DNA of 64,000 nt. Origin: a virus. Where the stretch lies: IMG/VR virus record IMGVR_UViG_3300019854_000029, positions 32,001 to 96,000 of that record. One strand, 5' to 3'. A model generated the notes under the pieces. The model made no database searches and was not told where the DNA came from. It saw only the letters and a program-made list of their open reading frames with translations. Position numbers and translations under genes: made by a program. This document shows, in pieces, positions 36,469-45,592 of this stretch (position 1 is the stretch's first letter; the number at the start of each line of letters is the position of its first letter).

Positions 36469-36485
36469 AAGGTACATTTTTGGCC
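36453..36485 (-). promoter_or_regulatory. conserved promoter-like element, copy H
   Basis: Minus strand reads GGCCAAAAATGTACCTTTTAGGCACACCGTGTC. GGCCA and TTTAGGcACAC are in register with the other copies. It points antisense through 35938..36468 toward the nuclease gene. Confidence 0.4.
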
Positions 36486-36574
36486 AGGTGTGCTATTCTT
36501 GCGTTTAGTGGACATCCCCCGTCCACTCACACTGGTCTTTATGTCTAGTGGAACATTGTGATGTGATTGAACTA

Positions 36575-36620
36575 GAAACGGGGCCGTGACGCTTTCCTGT
36601 TGTCGTCATGGCCCCGTTTC
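36575..36620. terminator. strong hairpin terminator between convergent genes
   Basis: 17-bp stem GAAACGGGGCCGTGACG / CGTCATGGCCCCGTTTC with one G-T pair and a 12-nt loop, followed by TTTATGCCCATTTT on the plus strand. Confidence 0.75.
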
Positions 36621-36643
36621 TTTATGCCCATTTTCCGCTAGTT

Positions 36644-36913
36644 CTAGGCTTTCACGGCCTCGTAGTATTCCTCAATCACGGCCTGTAAAAGATCGTTGTA
36701 GAACTTCTTATCGGTGGGGTGGAACAGTTCGTATTGTTTCCCGTCCGCACTGCGGCCCGTGGGCATTCTCAGGGAGTATCCGCCTGCGGTGAGTACCAGG
36801 CGCACGCCGGTGAGGAGCATGATTCCACTGACGTACACGCACGCTTCGCATAGGTAGTCACTGGGGTCGGGGCTGACGTGGGCGATTTTGACTCGTTCAA
36901 TGGCTGCGCTCAT
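36644..36913 (-). CDS. SpoVG-family protein
   Basis: IERVKIAHV...GVRLVLTAGGYSLRMPTGRSADGKQYELFHPTDKKFYNDLLQAVIEEY matches the SpoVG pattern V.[RK][LI]..V...[IV]R[VL]...G....MP..R..DG.....HP.......AV..EY. ATG 36913 forms an ATGA overlap with the upstream stop. Confidence 0.65.
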   Translation of the reverse strand: MSAAIERVKIAHVSPDPSDYLCEACVYVSGIMLLTGVRLVLTAGGYSLRMPTGRSADGKQYELFHPTDKKFYNDLLQAVIEEYYEAVKA

Positions 36914-37494
36914 AGGTTGAGTCGCCCCTTGCTCCATCGGACGCGACCGAGTTTGATTTCTTTCTCAATGGCCCTGCGGGGGAAGAACTGTTCGGCTTCT
37001 TGGATGGTTGCTCCGGGGTGTTCTTCTAGGAACGCTCTGAGCGTCGTAGGGGCCGTGTACACGCTCTCGGTGACCTTCCGGGCCTCCGGGCGTTCTACGG
37101 GCTTCCTAGCGGGCATGTGAGGCTCTGTAGAGGCTTTACGTGCCACTTGCTCTACCGCGCGCGGTTGGATAGCTGGACGCGGCTTCGACGCTTCCGCCAC
37201 AAGCTCATCTTCCGACAGTTCCCCAAGGAGCATTGTCAGCATGTCAGGAGTCAACAACTGTTCTTCTTGAGCCAGACGCAACGGCTTAAGGTACTTACTG
37301 CGATCAGCGGGGGTAATGCGACGCGGGTGGGAGAGGAAACTGAACCCTTGGGCGCGTTCCTTCGCCTCGAACTCAGCGAAAAACGCTGCTTTCACCTCGT
37401 CATAGTTCCATGTGCCGATCACGCGGCCCAGATGATACGGGCCTTGAAGATCGTTCAAGCGCTTACCCACCGTAGGGTCGAGTTCAAGATTCAT
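36910..37494 (-). CDS. hypothetical protein
   Basis: ORF 36910..37509. ATG 37494 forms an ATGA overlap with the stop of the coupling-protein gene. Confidence 0.6.
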   Translation of the reverse strand: MNLELDPTVGKRLNDLQGPYHLGRVIGTWNYDEVKAAFFAEFEAKERAQGFSFLSHPRRITPADRSKYLKPLRLAQEEQLLTPDMLTMLLGELSEDELVAEASKPRPAIQPRAVEQVARKASTEPHMPARKPVERPEARKVTESVYTAPTTLRAFLEEHPGATIQEAEQFFPRRAIEKEIKLGRVRWSKGRLNL

Positions 37495-39647
37495 TGCAGG
37501 AGTCCCCAAATGCTAGACGAGTCCAGTTTTTCTGCGTCCGAGGCGCTGATCGCTGCCTCTTCCGTGGTCTCAGTGGTTTCTTCGACCAACAGGTCATCTT
37601 CTTCTTCCTCATCGTCGTCTGCCATGTCGTAGAACGTTGGCACGGTCATCGGCTGGTTGGAAGCAGGCTCAAAGCCGAGCTTTTCCCAGTAGGAGGAAAT
37701 GTAGTCAGAGATCGCCGTGGTCTCGCTCTGGTCGGCTGCGAGCATCGCGGCTTTAATGAACGTCGGCGCACCGTCTTGAACGAATGGGAACTTCGCTCCC
37801 ATGTCGCCGGGATGCGACAAAGCGTAGGGGAACTCGCTTGCCGTGCGAATACCCAAAGCGCGTACAACGTCCTCAGCAACGTTCGTCCGCAATACTGCTG
37901 CTGCGCGTATCTGCTTAATAGCATCAGCGGGGAGGTGAGAGTTCACTGCGCGCTGCGGGGTCACAATGATGTAGATACCCAGCGACGCGAACGTGTTCGT
38001 CACCTTCTTGAACAATGCTTCATACTCAGACAGGTCACTGCCCATGCCGTCACTGATCGTGGAAAGCTCATCGAAAAGCATGTAAATGAACGGCAACTCC
38101 ACATCCGGGTTGAGCTTCTTAAAGTCCAGAATGTTCACCTGACCAGACTCAGCAAACATCTTGGAACGGCGGGGAACCTCAACGTTGGCAATGAACCGTA
38201 GAGTCTCCAAAATATCGCTCGACGTAAACGCCTTGCGGCGAATGTGCGGCAGGTTCAACGACGCATAGTCAGAGGCTTCGCCCTTCGCGTCGCAAATAGC
38301 GAACTGAATCTCCGTCGGAGGCACATACGCTGCCATCTGGCACACGAGGTTCTTCGCGAACACTGACTTACCTGAACGGGTAGGGCCAGCGACAAGAATC
38401 GAGTTCAACCCATACAGGGAGCCGTACTGTGGCTTGCCCATACTGTCTACGCCGATCACGACAGGGAGCTTGTTTTGGGGGTTGAGAATAAAGTCTCGCA
38501 CGCCCTTGTCCTGATACAGGTCGCCGGTTGAGAGCATGATTCCACCATCACCCTTGTACAGGTGAATGAATGCTTTCGAGCCGGACTTGAAGCCAACGGC
38601 GCGCGCGTTCGGGTGTTCTTCCACGCCTCGCTCGTCGTAGCGGTAGATGTCTGCGAGTTCTTCTGCGAGCTTGTCATGAGACAGTCGAGAGCCGCGCGAC
38701 ACGGTGAACACGTACATGAACTGGTTTTCTTGCGCGCTCAGTAGTTCGGGCATTGAATCTTCTGGCGTGTTGATCTGCTTTGCTGCGCCGTAAATCATTT
38801 CAGCGAAGATGGCCCACTGTGACGTGTCCTTCTGGTAGGTCGTCCACGCGCTGATCGACGGGTTGATGCGGGGGAGGATGGCCGAGAACTTCTCAAAGAG
38901 GAACCCGCGCGTGTACATGCCTTTCATGCCCTCGGGCACGTCGGCTTCGCGGGGGATTCCCGTTGAGACGGGCTGAGCGGGCAGGAGGTCACCCCAGCCC
39001 AAGTCCTCTTCCTCTGCTTCCACCGTGGGGGCGGCTTCTACTACCGGCTCACTGCTGAAAGCAGGCTCAACCGGGGCGGGCTGCGGCAAGGGAGCGGGGG
39101 TCTCGACAACCGGCTCGGGGGCGGGACGGTTCTTGCGCGCGCGCAATGTGCTTAGCGAGAACCCGCCAGTGAACAAGAGCGCGCCACACATGGCAGAAAA
39201 CATGCCGCCCAAGAGGACATACGCGCCAAAAGACAAGACGGGAACAAAGATGCTGAGCAGCGTGAGGAGAGTGCCCGCAACGCACGTGCCCGCCGAGAAC
39301 TTGAGCGCACTCAGCCCGGTCTCGGCAACGGTGTCAGCCGTATGGTCCTTGGAAGCCTTCACGGCTTCTTTCGTGAACTGCCATGAGGCTTGACCTGCTG
39401 CCATTGCCGCACGCTCTGCCGTGGACTGTGCGCTCGCGGTCTGGTCTTGCCCAATATGAGCAAAAGACATGCCGCCGGGTTGCCCTAAGCCGCTGGACGC
39501 ATAGGGGGCAAGCTGAGGGCCGCTGATAGTCCGCTCAGGCATACCCCAATCCAAGTTACTGTCACCCATTCCCGGAGCAAACGTCGGCTGGTGCGTGCGC
39601 TGCTGGTAGCGTCGCAACGCTTCATCATCATCAGAGTTAAAAGCCAC
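37491..39647 (-). CDS. FtsK/SpoIIIE-family ATPase (type IV coupling protein-like, TcpA-type)
   Basis: N-terminal TM helices. Walker A VAGPTRSGKSVF. Walker B-like FIYMLFDELS. Confidence 0.85.
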   Translation of the reverse strand: MAFNSDDDEALRRYQQRTHQPTFAPGMGDSNLDWGMPERTISGPQLAPYASSGLGQPGGMSFAHIGQDQTASAQSTAERAAMAAGQASWQFTKEAVKASKDHTADTVAETGLSALKFSAGTCVAGTLLTLLSIFVPVLSFGAYVLLGGMFSAMCGALLFTGGFSLSTLRARKNRPAPEPVVETPAPLPQPAPVEPAFSSEPVVEAAPTVEAEEEDLGWGDLLPAQPVSTGIPREADVPEGMKGMYTRGFLFEKFSAILPRINPSISAWTTYQKDTSQWAIFAEMIYGAAKQINTPEDSMPELLSAQENQFMYVFTVSRGSRLSHDKLAEELADIYRYDERGVEEHPNARAVGFKSGSKAFIHLYKGDGGIMLSTGDLYQDKGVRDFILNPQNKLPVVIGVDSMGKPQYGSLYGLNSILVAGPTRSGKSVFAKNLVCQMAAYVPPTEIQFAICDAKGEASDYASLNLPHIRRKAFTSSDILETLRFIANVEVPRRSKMFAESGQVNILDFKKLNPDVELPFIYMLFDELSTISDGMGSDLSEYEALFKKVTNTFASLGIYIIVTPQRAVNSHLPADAIKQIRAAAVLRTNVAEDVVRALGIRTASEFPYALSHPGDMGAKFPFVQDGAPTFIKAAMLAADQSETTAISDYISSYWEKLGFEPASNQPMTVPTFYDMADDDEEEEDDLLVEETTETTEEAAISASDAEKLDSSSIWGLLQ

Positions 39648-39650
39648 GGT

Positions 39651-39803
39651 TCACCTCACCAAAAATAGAGACACAAGCACGGTCACAACAGCAATGAGCA
39701 CGGCGACCACGTAAAAGCTATTCTTCGTGGACTCGTTCATATCAAGAGACTTCACCCACGAGATCGACAGGATTAAAAACATCGTGATAAGCGTGACTAA
39801 CAT
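39651..39803 (-). CDS. small two-TM membrane protein (50 aa), absent from the ORF track
   Basis: MLVTLITMFLILSISWVKSLDMNESTKNSFYVVAVLIAVVTVLVSLFLVR. Its ATG shares one base with the upstream TGA, and it fills the gap between two transfer genes. Confidence 0.45.
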   Translation of the reverse strand: MLVTLITMFLILSISWVKSLDMNESTKNSFYVVAVLIAVVTVLVSLFLVR

Positions 39804-40756
39804 CAGCGCGCCCAATCCTTGTACTGGTCAATGATGTAGGACGCGGGGTCAACACCATCAGAGTCTTTCAGGAGATTGTCGAGGTCCTTGTCGATAGAGA
39901 CAAGCCACCCGGTGTCTTGCGCGGGGTAACGCTGCACGGTGATATCGAACGACACCTCACGCATGGGCACGTCACTATCACTCGTCGTACCGGTCTGAAG
40001 ATGGTCAATGGACTGCTGGTAAGCGTTCGTCACGTACTGGTAAGCGATCTGCTGGCCTTTAGCCGAGTCAGCCTCACCCTTCATCGCGTCCTTGAGCTGC
40101 GCAAAGAGCTTGTCTTTGTCCTTGAGCCAGAAACTCTTATTGCTCATGTCGATCATCTTTGCGCGCACCGTGTATGACTCTTTATCGCCCGTAAAGTTCG
40201 CGCTACGAGACACGCTCTGCACCTGCAAGGACAGCAAACCAAGACGGTAGCGTTCCCGCTTGTACTGGTCCTTAAAGTCCGACGTTGACGCGGTAGAAGA
40301 ATCAAAATAGTCCGCGTAAGTTGTCACGACGCTACTACGACGCGAATAGAACTGCGCGGTCGAAAAATCCAGCGTATTCAACGCGCGCATGTACGTGTAC
40401 ACGACCTCATCAGGAGCCGTGTCCTTGTTCCCCAACGACAGGGGCGTGCCGTCGGTGTCCCAAATGAACCCGTCCTTGGGGGTTCCGTACTTTTCGCGTA
40501 GTTTGTCTTGCTGGCGCATGAGAACTTGGTCTACGCCTTCGGGGCCGCTCGACGCGGAAGCATTGCTTTTCGCTGATGCGGACGCTGCGACTTCTGCGCG
40601 TACTTTATCGACGTTCGCTTGTGCGCTGCGTGACCTTACGAGACCGTATGTGCCGATCAACAGTGCGATCACTAATGCGACGGCAATGCCCGCCGTGGTG
40701 CCCCGGTGGGTTTTCACCCACTGACCTACATTGTTTGGCTTTAGTTTCTCGTCCAC
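39803..40756 (-). CDS. bitopic membrane protein, possible TcpC/VirB8-like transfer component
   Basis: Single N-terminal TM (AGIAVALVIALLIGTYGL) and a ~270-aa extracytoplasmic domain. The role is inferred only from topology and position between the two ATPases. Confidence 0.5.
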   Translation of the reverse strand: MDEKLKPNNVGQWVKTHRGTTAGIAVALVIALLIGTYGLVRSRSAQANVDKVRAEVAASASAKSNASASSGPEGVDQVLMRQQDKLREKYGTPKDGFIWDTDGTPLSLGNKDTAPDEVVYTYMRALNTLDFSTAQFYSRRSSVVTTYADYFDSSTASTSDFKDQYKRERYRLGLLSLQVQSVSRSANFTGDKESYTVRAKMIDMSNKSFWLKDKDKLFAQLKDAMKGEADSAKGQQIAYQYVTNAYQQSIDHLQTGTTSDSDVPMREVSFDITVQRYPAQDTGWLVSIDKDLDNLLKDSDGVDPASYIIDQYKDWAR

Positions 40757-40788
40757 TCCCTTAACCTTTCTAGGACCGTCTGAGATTT

Positions 40789-43065
40789 TTACTCGATGCC
40801 ATTAAAGAAATCATCAGCACTCGGCTCACTATCGGCCTTATTTGGCATTGCCGCGTGCTTACCGCGCCCCAAAGCGGAGGGCAGTGTCGGTTCACTTGCG
40901 AGAATCTTATCGACTTCGCTTTCCAGAATCGTTGTCTCAAGGTGCGGGCCGTCGTCCACGCTTTGCGAGAGTACGCCGTCGAGGACTGTTTCTTCAGGGT
41001 CTCGGCTCGTACCGGTCTTGAACAAGCTGCTCTCGGCAATGTAATCGGGGAGCATGACTTTACCGACCGTGAGGACAGCTTGATTCAGGCAGATGAGGAA
41101 CGCGCGGTTATACGCACTCGATAGTTCACTGCTGAGACCGTTGTAGGCTTCAGCGGTGTTTGAGCTTGCTGCGATACGTTCAAGTTCACGTTCGATCACG
41201 TCTTGACTGAACCCGTTCTCACCACTGGACAGGGCGTGAGCAAGTCCCTTACGGTCCTCACTACTACCCAAGTAACCGATAGCCCACGACTGGATGTTGC
41301 CGAGAATATCGAGACCGTTCGCCTTGTCGAGGAACTGGCCCGGCTCGTTGGAAACAATGAGGTTAATGTCGCCCATCTTTCGGCCACCCGTGAGGGCCGT
41401 GCCGATAATTTCCTTCGCACCGGGAATACGCGCCCAACGCTGCAATTCTTCCCACACTGTCGCGTTGAACTTGCCAGCGGCTTTACACGCCACAGAGCGA
41501 GCGTGGTGAACGACCGCCGTGGACAGGTGCGCGATCTGAACGCTGATGTCGTCCATCGTGTTTGAGGTTCGCGATGCCATACCCAAAGCGACAGACACGA
41601 ACCGCGCGTCCTTCACGCTCTTGATCGACACTCGGTGGGAGAAGATGTGTCGGCTCGCGCCGTCTGGCTCAAAGAACTCTGCGAGCTGAGCGCGAATGAA
41701 CGTGAGTGTTTGAGCGAACGCCGGGTCGGTGAGACGGTAGTCGTCACTGTGACCGCCCACGATCATCTCGTGCTGCTGCTTAATGACCGCATACACGTCG
41801 AACAGGCTCAACCCTTCACTGCGATGCCACGTGTGCGGTTCAAGGGAGGACACCCCCGCGCGAGAGTAAGTCGTGGACACCGCGCTTTGGAGAATCTGCC
41901 GCGCCCACTCGCTCTCGGAGCCGCGCCCGACGAGTGCTGACAGGTATGCGAGCGTGTACTGTGCGGACACGTCGTACATGGACATGTCGTCTGCGATACG
42001 GTCCTCAGAAACAGCGATTTCGAGGGGGTCAAAGTACTTCCCGTCATGCCCGCCCATATCGACGATCACGACATCTTCCGGGTTTTGCGCGGCATATAGG
42101 GCGGCGATTGGTTCGTATTCGCTGCCTTCAACGTCGTTGACGGTGATGCGGATACGCGGGTCGTTGAGGAACCCGATCAGCCACGTTTTCACGATGTAGG
42201 ACTTACCGCCACCGGTCTGCGCGATCACGAGAACGTTCTCAGCGCTCATGCCCGAGGCGTGGAAGAGCTTCAGAATCGGGTAGAGCGTGGAAATATCCGT
42301 CGCAATGTACATGCCACGGCTACCGATAATGCCTTGGTCGTAGCCGGAGAAACGGGAAATGATCTCATCGGGGAGCGTCATCTTCCCGGTCCTACGGCCA
42401 ATGCCACGCGACGCGGGACGCAACGCGCTTGAAGCCGACAGGAACGAGGCGATGTCATCTTCCACGCGGCTAATGTGAAGCCCGCACTCTGCGGCTTCCT
42501 TCACGATTGCTTCAAGAGCGCGATCAAAACCTTCCCCACGCGGCCCAGAAAGAGCCATGTAGGACTGGAACGTAAACACGCTGCGCCCGGCTTCGGTTTC
42601 TTCCTTGAAGAATCGCGTGCTGTGTGCGCGGCGGAGCTTACGGGCAACGTCTTGGGCTTCCTTCTCGGGAAGATTGTTCGTAGACGTTGGCATGTCTACT
42701 TTCCCGCTGAGGAGGTTGTCGCTCTGCGTGAGGAGGTTCTTCAATTTGCCTTTAGTCCAGTCCGCGTCAAACGGCGTGGCGGTCGTGAAGAACGCGAGCG
42801 TGTACTGCGAGGAGCCGAGACGCGCGCGGAGCCTGCTGCGCATGAACAGGGGCACCTCATGGTCGTATGCGTCAATCGTGTAGAAAACGGTGACGTTTTG
42901 GGGGCCGGACATGAGAGCAAGATCGTCCGTGTACAAGGAGTGGTTGCGTGCGGGGAACCGCCCGGAAATATTACGGTTCGTCGAGCGTTGAATCATCCAC
43001 TGCCAGAGCTTCCAAAACGGGATTTCTTGGACTTTCTTACGGCGCTTAGGGGTTTTGGTTGGCAT
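40789..43065 (-). CDS. VirB4-like type IV secretion ATPase
   Basis: Walker A VIAQTGGGKSYIV. NATVWEELQRW resembles the DEAW-type Walker B region. Size (758 aa) fits VirB4/TcpF-type proteins. Confidence 0.8.
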   Translation of the reverse strand: MPTKTPKRRKKVQEIPFWKLWQWMIQRSTNRNISGRFPARNHSLYTDDLALMSGPQNVTVFYTIDAYDHEVPLFMRSRLRARLGSSQYTLAFFTTATPFDADWTKGKLKNLLTQSDNLLSGKVDMPTSTNNLPEKEAQDVARKLRRAHSTRFFKEETEAGRSVFTFQSYMALSGPRGEGFDRALEAIVKEAAECGLHISRVEDDIASFLSASSALRPASRGIGRRTGKMTLPDEIISRFSGYDQGIIGSRGMYIATDISTLYPILKLFHASGMSAENVLVIAQTGGGKSYIVKTWLIGFLNDPRIRITVNDVEGSEYEPIAALYAAQNPEDVVIVDMGGHDGKYFDPLEIAVSEDRIADDMSMYDVSAQYTLAYLSALVGRGSESEWARQILQSAVSTTYSRAGVSSLEPHTWHRSEGLSLFDVYAVIKQQHEMIVGGHSDDYRLTDPAFAQTLTFIRAQLAEFFEPDGASRHIFSHRVSIKSVKDARFVSVALGMASRTSNTMDDISVQIAHLSTAVVHHARSVACKAAGKFNATVWEELQRWARIPGAKEIIGTALTGGRKMGDINLIVSNEPGQFLDKANGLDILGNIQSWAIGYLGSSEDRKGLAHALSSGENGFSQDVIERELERIAASSNTAEAYNGLSSELSSAYNRAFLICLNQAVLTVGKVMLPDYIAESSLFKTGTSRDPEETVLDGVLSQSVDDGPHLETTILESEVDKILASEPTLPSALGRGKHAAMPNKADSEPSADDFFNGIE

Positions 43066-43067
43066 GG

Positions 43068-44270
43068 TTAGTCTTTCTGGTGGTGGAGTGAAGCAGCATC
43101 AATGCGTCTGTACATGTCGGTCCATTTTGCATAAGCAACGCGGCGCAATTGTTCGTTCGCCGGGTATTCGACGAGGGCGGGGACTGACAGGAGGAGACTG
43201 GGTGCCGCGCCCACGGACGTGAATGTGCGGGATTTGTCGAGTTTCGCGAGCCGGTTTGCGGTTCCTTCGCTTTCTAGCGCGTACAGGACCTTGCGGCGGT
43301 GTGGGCCGACGTGTTCAACGACATGCCAGTTCGCGTGGGTCGTGTAGTCCACGATGATAGCCGCGTCGAACGCGGTGGATGCGAGGAGCATGTCGTTAAT
43401 GACGTTGCTTGTCGGGTGCTGGGTGAATACGACGCGGGCCGCGAGTTCGGGGGCTGCGACTTCGGTTTCCGGCGTAACCCACGCATAGTTTTTGTACAGG
43501 GCCTTGTACGTGATTCCGGGAGGCATGACAAAGATGAGTCTGCATCGCACGTGTTCAGCGGACTCTAGGTAGTTCTGGAAGCCCATCATGAATGACTTGA
43601 GGTACTTCATGGAGCCGAGAACTTTCACGCGGTACAGGGTTTTCGCGCCCGAGTATTCGACACGGGGGAATACCTTCACAGACACGGAAGAGTCCGCTGC
43701 GCGACCGGTTTTCGTTCGCTTCGCGCTCTGCCTCAGAACAGCGTTTTCTTTTGAGAAGCGCGCGTATCCGGCTGCGAGTTCAAGAACAGCGTCTAATGCT
43801 GCGCTCCCGTCCTCTGTTTGAGTGTCGTCGAGTTTCTTGTATTCGCTGATGAGGGTTTGGGCTGCGCGTGACAGGTGGGGGGCGATGTCTGTAGCGCCGT
43901 TGAGGACGCTGATAGCGCCGTCTGCGGGGCTTTCATTACCGAATAGGGTGACAGCCTCAAGGAACCCGTTAAGAGCGTCCTCAGAGTCCATGTAGGAGCC
44001 GTTAGTGACGATTCCCCCACACGTGGACACGGCGATACGCACCAACGGTGATGGAGTGTCCGACGGGTAGATGATCGTCGCATCGGGGGCTTCTTTACGC
44101 GCGTCGCGCACGAACTGGGCGATGGTTACGGGAGCGTCGTCACTGTGGTGGATGACAAGTGCGTCCAATGACAGGGAACCCAAGGCGCGTCGCGCGTCCT
44201 CCACGTTCGTGTACGTCACCCATGAGGGGAACCCTCTCGCGGGGGCTGTGTTTGAGATGAGCATTTTCAT
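43068..44270 (-). CDS. receiver-like N-terminal domain plus degenerate ParA/MinD-like domain (TadZ/CpaE-like architecture, tentative)
   Basis: MKMLISN...LDALVIHHSDD has a receiver-like beta-alpha pattern. The C-terminal half has RVKVLGSMKYLKSF (no GKT/S) and FDAAIIVDYT (Walker B-like). Confidence 0.4.
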   Translation of the reverse strand: MKMLISNTAPARGFPSWVTYTNVEDARRALGSLSLDALVIHHSDDAPVTIAQFVRDARKEAPDATIIYPSDTPSPLVRIAVSTCGGIVTNGSYMDSEDALNGFLEAVTLFGNESPADGAISVLNGATDIAPHLSRAAQTLISEYKKLDDTQTEDGSAALDAVLELAAGYARFSKENAVLRQSAKRTKTGRAADSSVSVKVFPRVEYSGAKTLYRVKVLGSMKYLKSFMMGFQNYLESAEHVRCRLIFVMPPGITYKALYKNYAWVTPETEVAAPELAARVVFTQHPTSNVINDMLLASTAFDAAIIVDYTTHANWHVVEHVGPHRRKVLYALESEGTANRLAKLDKSRTFTSVGAAPSLLLSVPALVEYPANEQLRRVAYAKWTDMYRRIDAASLHHQKD

Positions 44271-45592
44271 GCCGATACCTCGGTGGGTTGTGCGAGGAAG
44301 CGGAGCTGGCGGAACATCGGGTCACGGTTCCACACGAACTTTTGCCCAAGCCGCGTAGCGTTCATTGCGAGTTCTTCACTCGGTTCGCCCGCATACAGCC
44401 AGCCATTAGAGGCGACGATTTCTTGGAGGTCGTCGTCAAAGCGCTCGCGTGACACGAAATTGTTCAGCATCGTGGCGATTGCTTTAACTCGCGGGGAAGC
44501 GTCAAGGAACGCGGTTCCGCTCACCCAGTGGATAGACGCGGGGAACGCTTTAGAGATCGCTTTGATCTGCGTCGCATAGTCGTTGTCTCCACTGAGGAAC
44601 ACGGGAATGATCGTGTAGTCGAAACGGGGGATGAGGCCGGTGAGTTCATCGAGGCCACCGGGGGTGAGTGTTTCTCCCGCGTTGGGGCTGGTCACGTACA
44701 GGGTTTGTGTCTGCTGGTATGGGGTGCTGATGGGGAGTGAGCGGTGGAACTCGGTGTAAAAGTCCGGGTTGCTCGTCACGTGGGACAGGAATGCTTCATT
44801 GTTGACGGTACTGGCGATGAGCGTGCTGTAACCGCGCTGCGAGTAGTAGTCAGCGAGAGTGCGCGTGTAGGTGAAGAGCCGGTTCGGTGTGGAGCCGATG
44901 ATGATGTTGACGCGCGCCCCGGTGTTGAGCACGGGGAACGCCCCGCCTTGGGCTTCAACGTAGGTGGGGAACGCTTCAGACAACGCGGGGAAATCGTTGA
45001 GCTTTAGTTGCGGGTATTCGCTCAGTTCCGCACTGTCCTCGTCGTCGGAGTCAAAGTACATCGTGTCCGAGTGGGCCACACCCAATGATGCGAAATCCTG
45101 CTCTGCGACCATTGTGGGGGCCGCGTACTGGCGGGTTTCTTCGGGGGCCTGCGAGGTGATGGTGGGCAGCTCGTTACTGTAGGTCTTGTGTGCGTCTTGG
45201 AACTCGACGAACGACATTGACCCCGCGTCCTTGAAGAACTGGGGCCACGACAATGCGGTGGACTCCAACGCGCACGCCAGCGGGTAGGTGATGCCACGGA
45301 CGAAACCTAGTGCAACCTGCTCGTTCTGTGCGAAACAGATCACGTCGATCTGCTGGACGACGTTTTCACGCTGCGCGTCTGCGAGGTACGTGTCGAGGAG
45401 GCGTAGTTCGCTTGCTGCGATTTCCTTGTTTGCGAGGACAAGAATACGGTCGAAAGACTCGTTCTTGATCGCAATGGTCTCGTAGAACTCTTTGATGGTG
45501 TGGTATGCGGAAAACTCTGCTGCGTCAGCGTTGCCGCGCGCAAAGTTGAGTACCTTTTCGGGCGACATGTCCGCGATGATGCAAATCTTCAC
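44267..45592 (-). CDS. receiver-like N-terminal domain plus degenerate ParA/MinD-like domain, architectural paralog of 43068..44270 (tentative)
   Basis: MKICIIADMS...FDRILVLANKE. The C-terminal half has RVNIIIGSTPNRLF (no GKT/S) and FDYTIIPVFLSGD. ATGA overlaps on both sides. Confidence 0.4.
   Translation of the reverse strand: MKICIIADMSPEKVLNFARGNADAAEFSAYHTIKEFYETIAIKNESFDRILVLANKEIAASELRLLDTYLADAQRENVVQQIDVICFAQNEQVALGFVRGITYPLACALESTALSWPQFFKDAGSMSFVEFQDAHKTYSNELPTITSQAPEETRQYAAPTMVAEQDFASLGVAHSDTMYFDSDDEDSAELSEYPQLKLNDFPALSEAFPTYVEAQGGAFPVLNTGARVNIIIGSTPNRLFTYTRTLADYYSQRGYSTLIASTVNNEAFLSHVTSNPDFYTEFHRSLPISTPYQQTQTLYVTSPNAGETLTPGGLDELTGLIPRFDYTIIPVFLSGDNDYATQIKAISKAFPASIHWVSGTAFLDASPRVKAIATMLNNFVSRERFDDDLQEIVASNGWLYAGEPSEELAMNATRLGQKFVWNRDPMFRQLRFLAQPTEVSA

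Noticed and set aside
35833-36477. Minus-strand ORFs 36121..36477 (118 aa) and 35833..36069 (78 aa) would keep the region co-directional with its neighbours and lie downstream of promoter copy H. They could be one disrupted gene.
   Set aside because: They are in the same frame but separated by two stops. Their start lies upstream of the predicted start site for H. They use CAT/TGT/TAT codons, unlike local genes. The plus-strand ORF has the local bias and its own terminator. A decayed pseudogene cannot be fully excluded.
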